From positions 134,525 through 198,524 of IMG/VR virus record IMGVR_UViG_3300031998_000009: 64,000 bases of DNA. The stretch is one strand, 5' to 3'. The translations under genes and the position numbers were made by a program. The stretch comes from a virus (taxonomy: Duplodnaviria > Caudoviricetes). This document shows, piece by piece, positions 18,932-29,445 of the stretch (its first letter is position 1; the number at the start of each line of letters is the position of its first letter). The notes below the pieces were generated by a model that saw nothing but the letters and a program-made list of their open reading frames with translations, had not been told where the DNA came from and did not search any database.

Positions 18932-21900
18932 TTATGTAGCAGTATTTAGTTGTGTGATATTTGAATTCATTCTTAATATACTACTATTACCTTTATCTAT
19001 TCCGGAACCTCTAACAGTTATACTTATAGATTGAAGCATTTGAATTATCTGTTTGAGTAGCTGTTCCACAGAGGATGTCTGATTATTAATGGATCTGTTA
19101 ATAGATTCCGAATCAAGTTTGCTACCGTAAGCAGTTGAATAAGAGTTATTTGCCATAGAAGATATCTGACTCATAGCATAAGAAGACATTTCGTTGTATA
19201 CATCAGATTCACGTTTTGTAAGAACTCTTTCACCTTCATGTAGTAGGGCAGGATAATTATTACTAGGAACTCTTGTTAAACCTGATTTGTATCTACCTAC
19301 AAATTTGTTTTCGTAGTATAATCCTCCAGAATCCTCTAGACTTGGTAATCCATTAACAAGTAAAGGACTTACTTCGTCATCTGCTATAATAACATTAGGT
19401 GATATACCGAATTCTTTAATATATGATGCAAGTATACCGAACGAACTTTTATCGTTAGTTTTGGAGGCAGCTTGTTTCCATCTGTCCTGAAACTCTTTGT
19501 TAGCTTCTTCGTACTTCTTTTTTCTACTTAATATACCTTCTACATATTGGACATAAACTTCTTTATCTTTTTCCTGTATACCTAAATCGGAAGCCATGTC
19601 TCCAACAATTTGCTCAGCAGACATACCATCCATTGATGCCATCTGTACTAAAGAAGAAACACTTTCTTTACCTAGTCGAGTAGTGATAGCACGTTCCATT
19701 TCAGAAGAACCTGACTCATCTGTTTCGGAACTCATCTTTCGTATGGTACCCATATCCTCATGGAGACCTACAAGTTTATCCGCATTTTGCTTTATAAATG
19801 CTTGTTTTTGTAATTCTAGTGCAGCTTCTTTCTTCTCATTTTCATATTGTTGTGTGATAAGTTTCAGGAATTCATTATTTATATCTTGTTCTTCCATTGT
19901 AGCAAGTTTCTCTGCATCATACTGACCTGTTTGTAAAAGATAAAGTTTTCTTTGGTTACTATCAAAGCTCTTATATGTATTTTCTTGCTCTGTTATATTA
20001 TTATATTCTGCTTTAGCACTGTCGTAAAGTTTAGTAGCAGCTTCTTGTAATTGTGTAACAGCATTATTAAATACTAGTGAATCGTCAGAGACAAACCAGT
20101 CACCTAGTTTATCACCAAGCAAATTACCTACACCAGAAGCTCCTTTAAATAATAAACCTCCAGCTAATCCACCTAATGGACCTAGTATAGCAGAACCTAG
20201 TGTTGTTCCAATACCTGTCCATATTCCTGTATCAGTTAATATACCTTCTAGACCTTCACCTGCTTTAATGTCTTGATACAGATTATAACCAGTTATTCCT
20301 AAACCGCCTAATACACCTAAACTCTTACCTATGGTTCCGGAAACAGTTCCACTAGAACCTACAGCAAAAGGAGCTACTTTACCTATAACATCACCCAGCT
20401 TACCTGCCATACCGGCGGCACCTGCAGCACCAGCAACTGCGGTTCCGCCACCTGTAAGGACGGTTTTAAGTGTACTGACACCGGCATTCGCTAGTATATT
20501 TAGAATTTTGCTTGTGGTATCCACTAATGTATGTCCTATTTCTAAAAATGCTTTATCTCCCTCATAATACTCTTCCGCTGTTTGAGCTAGATCTGTCATA
20601 GCATTTTCAGCTTTATTCATAACTTTTTCTGTTTGTGATACCCAATCAGCTTCTTGTAGTGCCTTTGTGGTACTTTTTGCCATTTCTTTTATAGTACCCT
20701 CGTCTATAGATGTTTGAGTAATACCTTCACTTCTACCGTATCTCAAAGCACCAGAAGTAGTCATAGCTGAACTATAAGCTGATAAAACAGATGCGGCTAT
20801 ATCTGGGTTGGATGCAGCATTTCCAGCAATAACATTAGCAGAAGATATTAGTTTTTTATAGGCTTCTTCAAAACCTTCTTCCATTATAGTACTAGGTGTT
20901 ACACCTTGAGTATAAGAGATTAGCTCTTCTTTACTTAATTCTTGAGGAGACTTTTGTGCTATATTAGCTAGTCTTGATACAAAATAATCATTATCAAGTC
21001 CTGCTTTCACACCTGCTTGTGCTACTGTTATACTAGAATTTAAGTCATCTGCTATTTGTTCTATGGATCTACCATAAGCGGAACCAATATCAAGAACCTG
21101 ATTCAGTATTGTATTGAAACCACCGTGAACTAATGCTGTATCACTACCAAATGTCTCTCTTACACCTCGTTCTTCGGCAGATGCAGCACGGAAGAAGGTT
21201 CGTAACTGTTCTGTAGTTGTTCCTTGTTTTACTAGATTAACTATTCTGGATAGTGTTTCTTCATTACTTAAATCTAAACTACTTCCACTAGCTTTTAGTT
21301 CAGCCATGTCCATAGTTAGTTCTTTAAGTAATTCTTTATCTGTAATACCTGCGGAAGAAAGTGAAACAAGAGCTTCTTGTAAATCTACAACAGACATAAC
21401 TCCTTCTAGATTTTGGGAAGTTAAATCTTTTTGGAGATCATTAATTAGATCTTCGAAAGCGCCCTGATTAAGACCCATTCTTGCCGATATAGTATTTCTA
21501 GTAGATTCTAAAGAACTATATACATTTTGGAATCCTTTTTCATAAGAATCCAAAAATCTATTTTTTAATAGACCCAATGTTGTATGTAATAGTCCGGAAG
21601 CTAGATCTTTACCTGCTTGTTTCATATCCTGCCCAGCTTTTTTCCATATATCAGAAACAGGATTTAGATTACGCAGATAATTTATCTGGTCTATTGTAAG
21701 TTGTTTTTGTTTACCTAATAATTCTTTTTCTTCTTTTGTAAGACTTTTGTCTTGTTTCAGCTTATCATTTATCTGTTTAAGATACTTGGTAAGAGTTTCT
21801 TTTTGAAGTTTAACAGCCTTCATAAACTCTTCATTAGCATTTTCTTTTGTTTCTTGTTCTTGTTGTTTACTTATAAAAGAACCAAAGGAAGAAGAAATAT

Positions 21901-22603
21901 TTGCTAATTCCTGATTACCTTGCTGTGCCAAATCAAAGCTACGAATGAGTTTATCCAGATTTCTTTGCTGTTTATCTAATTCTATATCCTTATCACGAGT
22001 AGCTCGCTCTACAGCAGCACTGACGTTCTCTTGAACAGCATTAGCTACATCCTGTATCTGAGAAGTAAGAGAATTTATTTCTGTGTTTAACTTATTAATA
22101 ATTTCCTGATCATTACTAGGGTCTAATTCAGATCTTTGTTTTTGTAAGGATTGAATACTAGATTCTAATTTTTGTATAGTAGCTTCTGCTTCTTTTGATT
22201 GTTTTATACGTTCTCTTTCTATTCTTTCTAACTCTTTTTGGTACTTTTCAAATATAGCAAGTTGTTTTCCAATACCTAATGAATCTACTGATTTAACAGG
22301 TTTTTTAGAATCTTGTCTTAATTTTGTTATTTCGGAATCTGTATGTGTTTGAAGTCTTGACAGATTATATTCCAAATCTTCTATCTGATTTAATATATCT
22401 TTAACAGATTTAGTACCAAAACGATTAAATGTAGAAACATAATTGGTGGTTGTTTTTTGTTGATTTAGAATTTTAGTAAGTAATTCATTTTGCTGTCGAA
22501 AAGCATCTACAAATGTGTTTTTTAGCTCTAATAATAGTGAATTTACGATATCTCCGGTAGGGTTCATGCCATTATTTATTCTGCTTCCGTTTTCATCTGG
22601 CAT
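18932..22603 (-). CDS. Tape measure protein
   Basis: 1223 aa helical/coiled-coil with a G/A-rich hydrophobic block; C-terminal SGLTRVP..YPALLHEGERVLT motif; position after the chaperones. Confidence 0.85.
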   Translation of the reverse strand: MPDENGSRINNGMNPTGDIVNSLLLELKNTFVDAFRQQNELLTKILNQQKTTTNYVSTFNRFGTKSVKDILNQIEDLEYNLSRLQTHTDSEITKLRQDSKKPVKSVDSLGIGKQLAIFEKYQKELERIERERIKQSKEAEATIQKLESSIQSLQKQRSELDPSNDQEIINKLNTEINSLTSQIQDVANAVQENVSAAVERATRDKDIELDKQQRNLDKLIRSFDLAQQGNQELANISSSFGSFISKQQEQETKENANEEFMKAVKLQKETLTKYLKQINDKLKQDKSLTKEEKELLGKQKQLTIDQINYLRNLNPVSDIWKKAGQDMKQAGKDLASGLLHTTLGLLKNRFLDSYEKGFQNVYSSLESTRNTISARMGLNQGAFEDLINDLQKDLTSQNLEGVMSVVDLQEALVSLSSAGITDKELLKELTMDMAELKASGSSLDLSNEETLSRIVNLVKQGTTTEQLRTFFRAASAEERGVRETFGSDTALVHGGFNTILNQVLDIGSAYGRSIEQIADDLNSSITVAQAGVKAGLDNDYFVSRLANIAQKSPQELSKEELISYTQGVTPSTIMEEGFEEAYKKLISSANVIAGNAASNPDIAASVLSAYSSAMTTSGALRYGRSEGITQTSIDEGTIKEMAKSTTKALQEADWVSQTEKVMNKAENAMTDLAQTAEEYYEGDKAFLEIGHTLVDTTSKILNILANAGVSTLKTVLTGGGTAVAGAAGAAGMAGKLGDVIGKVAPFAVGSSGTVSGTIGKSLGVLGGLGITGYNLYQDIKAGEGLEGILTDTGIWTGIGTTLGSAILGPLGGLAGGLLFKGASGVGNLLGDKLGDWFVSDDSLVFNNAVTQLQEAATKLYDSAKAEYNNITEQENTYKSFDSNQRKLYLLQTGQYDAEKLATMEEQDINNEFLKLITQQYENEKKEAALELQKQAFIKQNADKLVGLHEDMGTIRKMSSETDESGSSEMERAITTRLGKESVSSLVQMASMDGMSAEQIVGDMASDLGIQEKDKEVYVQYVEGILSRKKKYEEANKEFQDRWKQAASKTNDKSSFGILASYIKEFGISPNVIIADDEVSPLLVNGLPSLEDSGGLYYENKFVGRYKSGLTRVPSNNYPALLHEGERVLTKRESDVYNEMSSYAMSQISSMANNSYSTAYGSKLDSESINRSINNQTSSVEQLLKQIIQMLQSISITVRGSGIDKGNSSILRMNSNITQLNTAT

Positions 22604-22615
22604 TTTACCTCACTC

Positions 22616-22843
22616 CTATCGTTTATGATGATTTAGCTTTCTATTCCTATCCATTTCTTCAAGTTGTTTTTTACGTTCTTCTTGTGCTTGACGTAAAGTA
22701 TTTAATAATACTTTTCTATCATGGATAGGCATTTTATTTGTTTCTGTTACTGTTACAGCCCCGTTAGATAAATAAGCAATAAGTAATTGCTCTTTTAGTA
22801 TTTGGTCACATCTATAAAAGGAATAAGGTTGACCATTAATCAT
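22616..22843 (-). CDS. Tail assembly chaperone second ORF (GT-like / gp51-like)
   Basis: Small ORF between chaperone and tape measure; TETNKMPIHDRKVLL; overlaps the upstream stop and has no obvious RBS. Confidence 0.6.
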   Translation of the reverse strand: MINGQPYSFYRCDQILKEQLLIAYLSNGAVTVTETNKMPIHDRKVLLNTLRQAQEERKKQLEEMDRNRKLNHHKR

Positions 22844-23624
22844 CGAGGCAGGGTCGAAAAAACTCTCTGTCTGCTTTTAAAATCCAAATAGCAGAACCTT
22901 CACAACCTTTTGGATTTTGACAGGTTGTCATATTAAGTCTAACAACTCCGAATGGGAATTTATCTATTTTTTCATGATAAACATAGTTATCCATAGAAAT
23001 CATACTTCTAACATATTCAGGAGCTGTTATGTAATCTAATTCTTTTCCATTTACAGTTACAATTCTTTTTTCCATTTCCATAGTATATGCTGGGTCACCC
23101 TGAATATTGATATCATAATTTGGATGCTTCACAAGGAATAACTCCTTCTGTTTTTCAATATCAATACGATCTTTGATTCTTAAAAATCTGCAACCTAATG
23201 TATCACCATTACTAGGTAGTGGTCCTATAATATAAGGTTCTACAAAATCTTCAGGTACTGTGTTATAAATAAGATCACCTAAATCTGCCTTGTATTCGAA
23301 TTCATAACCACATACAGGGCAAATAGCAGAGGTTCTATATTTATTTCCATAAGAAATAATTCTTAATTTAACACATACTGCAAAGAAATCAAACTCTGTA
23401 AATGACCTAGAATCGATTTTATAGGTTCCATCTGGATTCTTGTTATCTACAATACATTCGTTCACAATAGTACTCATTGTATTGTAAAAAGATTGACCAC
23501 TTAAACGCATTCTTTCCTCTTCTGTTGTCATAGCACGAAGAGTCAGATGTCCATCAAAGTGGTCACCATAAATCTTGGAAGTGGCACTTGGAAGTACCAT
23601 ACTTTCAGTGATAATATTTGCCAT
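22836..23624 (-). CDS. Tail assembly chaperone / gp26-like hub assembly protein
   Basis: LPS...Y, LRAMTTEEE, LRIISYG..Y....CP.CG; ends REFFRP. Start moved to the ATG after GGAGG. Confidence 0.75.
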   Translation of the reverse strand: MANIITESMVLPSATSKIYGDHFDGHLTLRAMTTEEERMRLSGQSFYNTMSTIVNECIVDNKNPDGTYKIDSRSFTEFDFFAVCVKLRIISYGNKYRTSAICPVCGYEFEYKADLGDLIYNTVPEDFVEPYIIGPLPSNGDTLGCRFLRIKDRIDIEKQKELFLVKHPNYDINIQGDPAYTMEMEKRIVTVNGKELDYITAPEYVRSMISMDNYVYHEKIDKFPFGVVRLNMTTCQNPKGCEGSAIWILKADREFFRPCLDD

Positions 23625-23717
23625 ATTTAATTTCCTCCATTTAAATATTAAGCAAAGAGCTTTCCCATAGTACAAAAACAATATATATTTAGTGTGGAAT
23701 TCAACATAGATTTTATA

Positions 23718-23750
23718 AAAAAGTACCGGATACTTTCCATATCCGGTACT
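23718..23750 (-). terminator. Terminator after tail tube
   Basis: AGTACCGGATA/TATCCGGTACT stem plus T-run. Confidence 0.8.
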
Positions 23751-23767
23751 CCTCTAAATATGACAAA

Positions 23768-24319
23768 TTAATTGTCAAGTGGAATAGCAACATCACAGTA
23801 GAATGTAACTGAAATCTCACGAAGATCGTTTCCACTGTTATCAAATCCACCCGGACTTACTGTACCTGGGAAACAACCTCTTAACTGAACTCTTCTTACA
23901 TTAGTACCGTCTGGAGCATACTCTAACAGATAACCGTCTCTCTTGTAATCTGTAGCCCATCCAATAGTTTCAGTCTTTGGATTATAGACTTTCTTGCTCC
24001 ATGCCATAAGAATTCTTTCTGTCTGTAAACCGATAAAGTCATTAACAACAATTTCAACATCTGTGTAAGAAGGCTTACCCGCAAAGTTAATAGAGTTGTT
24101 ACCGTAGTAAACTGTCAGTTTATCAATATTAGTAGAAGGATAACCAACACTTTTAACAGAAAGAGTTAGTAGGTCACTAGCATTACCCGGAAGTGCAATT
24201 CCCGTGTCAATAGATGTTAGATCACCTAGGTTAGGAAACACAATCTCGAAGTTATTCGTTCTTTGTGGTTCCCACTCGTTTCTGTCTATCATATGATAGG
24301 CACCTAATTTTAACGGCAT
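23768..24319 (-). CDS. Tail tube protein (T4 gp19-like)
   Basis: EPQRTNNF, NFAGKP, AW...V, YKRDGYL..Y..DG, GCFP motifs; follows the sheath. Confidence 0.9.
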   Translation of the reverse strand: MPLKLGAYHMIDRNEWEPQRTNNFEIVFPNLGDLTSIDTGIALPGNASDLLTLSVKSVGYPSTNIDKLTVYYGNNSINFAGKPSYTDVEIVVNDFIGLQTERILMAWSKKVYNPKTETIGWATDYKRDGYLLEYAPDGTNVRRVQLRGCFPGTVSPGGFDNSGNDLREISVTFYCDVAIPLDN

Positions 24320-24340
24320 AACATTTCACTCCTTCTGTAA

Positions 24341-26920
24341 TTAGTCTTGTGTAAATATTGCGCCAGCTTCTGTGATAATGAAGTCAATATCGAAGAACTC
24401 TGCTGTTCTTGTAGGTGCGATGTAAACCTTACCCGGGCACCGAAGATGATTAATATCATCTGTTGTTACAGTACTTTCGTCCATAACAATACGATAATCA
24501 TAAACACCTTCATTATACTTCATATATCTAAGGAATTCATCCATCTGGGCATAGAACTTCAACCAAAGTGTGGATGTATTCGGGTCAAATGCAAGATTCA
24601 GACAAACATCAAATATCTTCTTCTTAACTACATCCGCAATAAGTCTAACATTAAGACTTTCTAGTGCAGAATGTGTATAAAGATCTATTGCTTCGAGTGT
24701 AGTATACTGACCATAAATTACATAACCATACTGCTTGAGTTTCATAATAGGATTAACTCTGGAAGTATTATCATTCTGCCATTCGTTAAGAATTACAGAA
24801 CCGATTTCATAATCAGGTCTCTTTACAACTCTTGCTGTAGCTCTAGTAACACCTGCAGGTGGGAACCATTTCTGACTGTCTACATTATCAATCAGGTTAG
24901 AAAGGAATGTATACATAAAGATGTAGGATGGAGCCATGAGAATCTGTTTACCTGCAACATCTGGAGACATAACCCAGCACCATGGGTGATGCATTGTACC
25001 ATAGGAAGTATTGATCATTCTAGAATATTCCACAATAGCAGTTGGATCATAATCTCTAGGAACATCATAAAGAGCAATACAGTCTTGTCGTTCTTCTGTA
25101 AGAGCTTTCATAGCTTCGTGAATAGGAGTAAGAGCTGTATACTGTGCAGTATTCAGACCTGTTCCACTGTATTTTGGATAAATAACAGATGCTGTCTTTG
25201 GAACGGTGTTATCGTCTGTGTAGTAACTATATGCAGTGATTGATGCAGATGTAATGGATGCATCAGCAAGAAGTGTTACAACACCTGTTTCATAATTAAC
25301 ACTACCTACGGAATCACCTTCACCGTTGATTTTCAGTGTTCCAGTCTTACCACCACCATCTACTACATCTTTAATAGTAACTGTAGCAGTATCTTTGGTT
25401 CCTGTTATAGTTATTGTACCGAAAACAATACCATTTCCTAGTGTACTAATAGTACCCTCATTATTCGTGATAGCAATAGCAGATCCTGTATAGGCTGTTT
25501 TCTTTTGCTGTGGTTCTAATTTATACTGTTCGTAAACAAAACCAGAACTTGTTATGAAATCGAAGTCAAAAATGTATGGATCCTTAAAATTCTGATACAC
25601 ATCGGAAAGCTGGGTATAGATATAAGTCACAATACCAGAATCTCCATATACATCTTCGAGATAATTATTTACATCAGTTACAGACCATTGAGAACCCGTC
25701 CAATAACCTTTGAAACCTAGTTTTAGTTTATTAAGAACATCAGTACTATATGCAAAATCAGTACCAAAAGTTTTATTAAACATGGCATCAAAATTGTAGT
25801 TAGTAGAATATCCATTAGCATCCTTATACTTAAATGGGATTACTGGGAATCCAGAGTACTGTGCTGAAGATTGTGGTGCTGCCTCGATGTTACTCCAGAC
25901 AAGTGTTAATTGATCTCTTGCACCCGGAATAGGAACAATACGGATAAAGTCAAACTCAACATCTTCAAAGTAGTTCGCATCGTTCGGGTTAGTAGAAACT
26001 ATCTTGTTCTCTAAAAGAGTAGTTCCCTTAACAATTCTACTGGACACAACGATCTGTCCAATAACAGAATTGTATTTATAATTGACTTCCTGGTCAATAT
26101 AGTAAACAGAAATACTTGCATACTGATAAGATTCAGCTAGTCTAGAAGTATTAATCTGTGTAATAGAAATCATAATGTTGTTACCAAAGGAACCAGCATA
26201 CTTTGCTTCAATACCCTGAATCTGTGGACAAAATGTATACTTTGCCATTTTAGTAGCATCATTACCATTCTGTAGATACTGATATGTAATACCGGATACA
26301 TCAGAAGTAACAGCACTTTCTACTGTGATAGTAACACCTGTGTCAGCATATACAATAGTAGCAAGTTTAGTGTCTTCTGTATAAACATAACCGGTCTTCA
26401 CACCCGCGTTATCGTATATAACACCGTCATCTGTATAAGGAACATTCTTATACGTTACAGTGATAGTTCCTGGAAGTGGTAAATCAGTCTGTATCTGTGT
26501 GCCAGATGTAGCAGTTGCAGTTAGTTTAGGTTCTGTTTCAAAATCAGCCGAACGCATAACAGCAGGACAAATAGTCTTTGCACTAGCAGTAGCTCTACTA
26601 GCACTAAATCCATCGATATCCATCTCTGCCGTCTGTCCGTTATTGTTAATTTTAACAACAGAAACAGCAGCACCTTTCTTAATAAGCTCTCTTGCATACA
26701 TTCTGGAATAATCATTTGTGAATGGATCAAACTCAGCATATGTATAACCAAATGCTCTATTGAAATCAGTCACGTCTGTAAATGTTTGAACAGAGTTTTG
26801 TGTGCCGTCAAATGCAGGACCAAAGGAAGCAATAATTGGACAAAGTACCTTAACTCTATCGTCAGATACAACTCGAGTTACTACACTTTGATCAATCTCA
26901 TTAACTGTGATCTGAGGCAT
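24341..26920 (-). CDS. Tail sheath protein
   Basis: MPQITVNEIDQS; WFPPAG..R; VNPI; LNVR; YDYRIVMDES; PTRTAEF. Confidence 0.95.
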   Translation of the reverse strand: MPQITVNEIDQSVVTRVVSDDRVKVLCPIIASFGPAFDGTQNSVQTFTDVTDFNRAFGYTYAEFDPFTNDYSRMYARELIKKGAAVSVVKINNNGQTAEMDIDGFSASRATASAKTICPAVMRSADFETEPKLTATATSGTQIQTDLPLPGTITVTYKNVPYTDDGVIYDNAGVKTGYVYTEDTKLATIVYADTGVTITVESAVTSDVSGITYQYLQNGNDATKMAKYTFCPQIQGIEAKYAGSFGNNIMISITQINTSRLAESYQYASISVYYIDQEVNYKYNSVIGQIVVSSRIVKGTTLLENKIVSTNPNDANYFEDVEFDFIRIVPIPGARDQLTLVWSNIEAAPQSSAQYSGFPVIPFKYKDANGYSTNYNFDAMFNKTFGTDFAYSTDVLNKLKLGFKGYWTGSQWSVTDVNNYLEDVYGDSGIVTYIYTQLSDVYQNFKDPYIFDFDFITSSGFVYEQYKLEPQQKKTAYTGSAIAITNNEGTISTLGNGIVFGTITITGTKDTATVTIKDVVDGGGKTGTLKINGEGDSVGSVNYETGVVTLLADASITSASITAYSYYTDDNTVPKTASVIYPKYSGTGLNTAQYTALTPIHEAMKALTEERQDCIALYDVPRDYDPTAIVEYSRMINTSYGTMHHPWCWVMSPDVAGKQILMAPSYIFMYTFLSNLIDNVDSQKWFPPAGVTRATARVVKRPDYEIGSVILNEWQNDNTSRVNPIMKLKQYGYVIYGQYTTLEAIDLYTHSALESLNVRLIADVVKKKIFDVCLNLAFDPNTSTLWLKFYAQMDEFLRYMKYNEGVYDYRIVMDESTVTTDDINHLRCPGKVYIAPTRTAEFFDIDFIITEAGAIFTQD

Positions 26921-26955
26921 ATTTAATTTCCCCTTTCATTAAAATAGGATTACAC

Positions 26956-27348
26956 TCATTCAGTGGCACGTTTTTTACCTCTTTTATTAGTTGTTTTTAT
27001 AGTTGTTTCTTTTTTGTATTCTTTTTCAGTTTCTTCCTTTGTTGTTTCCGGTTGTATATCTTCAACTAACTCGGAAGTGATTTCTGTTTTTGTTTCTGAC
27101 TCAATAACGGGTTCTTCCTTTTTAGGAGTTTCCATGACTTCCTCTTTTACCTCTGCTTTAACTTCCGCAGTTTCTGTCTTGATATCAGCAGTAGTAAAAT
27201 AGCGAGCTTTGCCAGAGTTTGTAAGTTTTGCTAATGTAATATAATCATACACAGATGTTAGAGATAATGTGCCATATGGTGCGATGGTAGTGCCTTGAAA
27301 ACATAAGGTCTTATTTGTTAGGTTTTGAATATTAAACATTATTTTCAA
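26956..27348 (-). CDS. Hypothetical protein
   Basis: ORF in the operon; E/K/T-rich tail. Confidence 0.55.
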   Translation of the reverse strand: MKIMFNIQNLTNKTLCFQGTTIAPYGTLSLTSVYDYITLAKLTNSGKARYFTTADIKTETAEVKAEVKEEVMETPKKEEPVIESETKTEITSELVEDIQPETTKEETEKEYKKETTIKTTNKRGKKRATE

Positions 27349-27934
27349 TCCCTTCCTTGGTTAATATTTCAACAGACGCTACCACTTCACCTTGTTTTTG
27401 TTTTTTGCTTCTAAACAGTCTGGCATCATCTGTATAAAATGTTAAAGTGTTTCTGAACATAACACCATTGTTGATATGTTCTACTGTATCAGAATTATCT
27501 ACAATATCATCATTTAGAAACAAGTTGAAATTGTGATCTATGTTCAACCCATATTCAAAATGAGCTAATAACGTAGGATGTTGGTAAAAAAAGAATATCA
27601 ATTCTCTTGTAATATTGTCACAACTTTCCTGATCAACAGTAAATACATCTAACTGGTATTCGATTCTAATTGGAATTGTTTGTGCAAATATATTATTATC
27701 TTCACCGTCTCGTCTTGTAAAGGAACCTATACGTTTTGCATTAAAATTCACATTAGAACCAATAATAGAGTAACCTAATCTAGTTGTGGATATCATAGGA
27801 AATCTTACATTATCCTTTTTAAGTTGACCTGTAAAACGAATTGCATTTTCTACAGGTAATATATGAATAGTGTTGTCATTAAATAGACTTCTGAATTTAG
27901 CAATTATAGCGTCATCGTAAGATTTAACACTCAT
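27332..27934 (-). CDS. Tail terminator / completion protein (gp15-like)
   Basis: FPMIS..R, IPIRIEYQLDVFT motifs; position upstream of sheath. Confidence 0.65.
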   Translation of the reverse strand: MSVKSYDDAIIAKFRSLFNDNTIHILPVENAIRFTGQLKKDNVRFPMISTTRLGYSIIGSNVNFNAKRIGSFTRRDGEDNNIFAQTIPIRIEYQLDVFTVDQESCDNITRELIFFFYQHPTLLAHFEYGLNIDHNFNLFLNDDIVDNSDTVEHINNGVMFRNTLTFYTDDARLFRSKKQKQGEVVASVEILTKEGIENNV

Positions 27935-28344
27935 TTTCGATCACCTGTTATAGCATCTACAAATTCGTTATAACTATGTCTTATCCAGTTACAAGGAGGT
28001 ATCGTATCATTTCCATATTCACATAATCTTATAGTTTTCGTTAAACTGTATACTGTATTACCCACTTTTTTAAAAGGTGATATATAGTAATAACAACATC
28101 CTCTAACTGGATCATAACCACACGTTAAAGAATTTATATAACTATTGGGTATATCAGTTCGTTTTATCGTATCGGTATGTAGTAGATTATTTAGTTTAAC
28201 TGTAACTAATCTCCATCTTTCGGAAATTATATTTTTCATAAGAATAAGTTTAAACCTAGACATATCTAAAGTGCAACTCATAATATACTCGTTTATACTA
28301 CTGCATTTAGAATCTGTGTAGTTATAAGGATACCATACTTTCAT
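27931..28344 (-). CDS. Hypothetical neck-region protein
   Basis: ORF coupled to its neighbours; EYG...IPP...IR motif. Confidence 0.5.
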   Translation of the reverse strand: MKVWYPYNYTDSKCSSINEYIMSCTLDMSRFKLILMKNIISERWRLVTVKLNNLLHTDTIKRTDIPNSYINSLTCGYDPVRGCCYYYISPFKKVGNTVYSLTKTIRLCEYGNDTIPPCNWIRHSYNEFVDAITGDRK

Positions 28345-28346
28345 AG

Positions 28347-28826
28347 TTACTCGTCCAAATTCATAAACACATTGTTCTTATCTTTATAATCAGCATTTTT
28401 TTCGGGTTGTTTTGCAAAAAACACAGGAGCCAATTTACACATCCAGTTATCTGGAAATTCTAAATTTGCTTGTATATCTGTAATAACAAATACCCGATCA
28501 TCTGCTAATGGTAATGGAGGTTTTATCTTTATTCGACAACCTTTACAAAGATTTTTGGCATCGAAAGGAAGCTGTGCTAAATAAGGTTTATCTTCTGGAA
28601 GTTCAGAGACCCAACCATATTTACGAAGTGTAGTTACTTTTGGATTCTCCTCAAATATAATGTCCATTACTATTTCTTCGGAGAATCCTTTTGGGTTCTC
28701 TTCAGCATATATAGTAAAAGACATATCAATAGGATACTGATAAACAACCTGTATACCTCTTAATCTTGCCATCTCTTTGAAATATTGTCTAAATATAGTG
28801 GAGTCTTTTCTAGTAAGTAAACCCAT
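28347..28826 (-). CDS. Head closure / neck protein (gp14-like)
   Basis: Position in the neck module; EM...RGI.V.Y, LRKYGW pattern. Confidence 0.55.
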   Translation of the reverse strand: MGLLTRKDSTIFRQYFKEMARLRGIQVVYQYPIDMSFTIYAEENPKGFSEEIVMDIIFEENPKVTTLRKYGWVSELPEDKPYLAQLPFDAKNLCKGCRIKIKPPLPLADDRVFVITDIQANLEFPDNWMCKLAPVFFAKQPEKNADYKDKNNVFMNLDE

Positions 28827-28831
28827 TTAGC

Positions 28832-29413
28832 TCACCCCCATATAAGTTCTTCAGCTAATTCTGGGTTACTTCTAATATACTCTAACCATGCTTTCGCAGC
28901 GGCAGGAACCCATCTTTTACCGTACAGAACTGCTAAAACGTGCTTACAACAATAACCTTTATTATTCTTTACATTACGAACCGTAGGAGGTCTGTTTTGT
29001 TTAACACCGTATTTAGCATCTACATTAGGTCTGGATAACCAAAATGCAAATCTGTATTTAAAATCAGGACAAGTACAGTCAACCTGAACATCTTCCTCGT
29101 CTAATGCTTTGGATAGACATTTAGTAAGAAGTTTCAGATCTATACGTTTCCATCTGTTCTTGCCACTCCATCCACGAACTTGGTTATATAGGTTTGCAAA
29201 AGGACCCTCAAATGAAATAGTAACAATATAATCTCCTACTCTAGATCTCCAAACAAAAGAATCATTATTAAACAGTTCCTCGAAATCAACATTGTTAAAA
29301 TCTTTGGCTCTGTAAAATTGTTTCTTGTTAAATCTTTCCGGAGATTGTTGTTGGGATTTTTTAATAATCTCCCATCTTGTTATTTCATTTAAGGGAGTTT
29401 TATAATTTTTCAT
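28832..29413 (-). CDS. SWIM zinc-finger protein
   Basis: VDCTCPDFKYRF...GYCCKHVLAVL. Confidence 0.8.
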   Translation of the reverse strand: MKNYKTPLNEITRWEIIKKSQQQSPERFNKKQFYRAKDFNNVDFEELFNNDSFVWRSRVGDYIVTISFEGPFANLYNQVRGWSGKNRWKRIDLKLLTKCLSKALDEEDVQVDCTCPDFKYRFAFWLSRPNVDAKYGVKQNRPPTVRNVKNNKGYCCKHVLAVLYGKRWVPAAAKAWLEYIRSNPELAEELIWG

Positions 29414-29445
29414 GGTTATAAAACTCCCTTCTAATTCTTATTTCA

